Part shown: one piece after another, positions 63,546 to 64,000 of the stretch
Position numbering within the stretch: the stretch's first letter is position 1
Layout: every line of letters begins with the position of its first letter
From: Azolla caroliniana
Lineage: Eukaryota; Plantae; Polypodiophyta
Assembly (NCBI GenBank): GCA_043228905.1
Contig: JBHGNT010000012.1
Coordinates: 17,484,001-17,548,000, forward strand
Reading direction: 5' to 3'
DNA length: 64,000 nucleotides
Translations under genes and position numbers: made by a program
Notes under the pieces: generated by a model
What the model saw: the letters and a program-made list of their open reading frames with translations, nothing else
Told to the model about the DNA's origin: nothing
The model's database searches: none

Positions 63546-64000
63546 CGTTATTCTCTTCAAATACACGACTAATCAATTGGGATAGGTGAAAATATGATAC
63601 ACTGTGTACTTAGTTAAAGGGAAAATAGAATTATATTAGAACAATTCAATTAATATTCTTCCTTTTCGTACATACAATTTGAATTTTTCACCCTTCGGGT
63701 TACCTTAATAAATATTTTGGCAATCTGTTATCCTTTTGTTTTTATCTTTGAGTGCATATTCGTTGGCTAGGATGTGTAAAGGATAGAAAACTATTTATTG
63801 CTTCGACAAAAAATCCCCATATTGTTGGAGATGGACACTTCTAACTCTCCCTTTTCCACACTCATGAAGATAATTTAACACACCATCATGATTAGAAGTA
63901 GAAAGATAGAGAGTACGGAAAAATATTATACCTTTGGTTTAGAGTCGAGTCTTGTATTAGTTCAACACTAGTGAGAAAATTGGCAATTTTCTAATTAAAT

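Overview
Eukaryotic land-plant nuclear DNA. A fern or other seed-free plant is my inference from the long PLS-class PPR gene and the transposon lineages. Three host genes lie on the minus strand: a spliced RING/U-box-superfamily gene that runs off the left edge (exons 1965-520, 404-286, 213-<1), an intronless PLS-E PPR gene (11482-8606), and an 8-exon NTF2/SnoaL-like gene (38309-29556) that I reconstructed by hand and that the ORF track misses. The rest is mostly nested, decayed transposons: L1-like and RTEX-like LINEs, a Ty3/gypsy element with a tRNA-Trp PBS and a 4-bp TSD, a Tcn1-like chromovirus, two nested Ty1/copia elements, solo LTRs and a hAT MITE. The most notable structure is a ~6-kb Mutator-like element with ~110-bp TIRs, a SWIM transposase remnant and a Ulp1 SUMO-protease passenger. 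It sits in a (CATA)n microsatellite just upstream of the NTF2 gene, with a second, inverted copy 48 bp away in the same microsatellite, and it carries arrays of a GAGCCCGACT motif. All calls come from reading the sequence; no searches were run, and family names are from recalled motifs.
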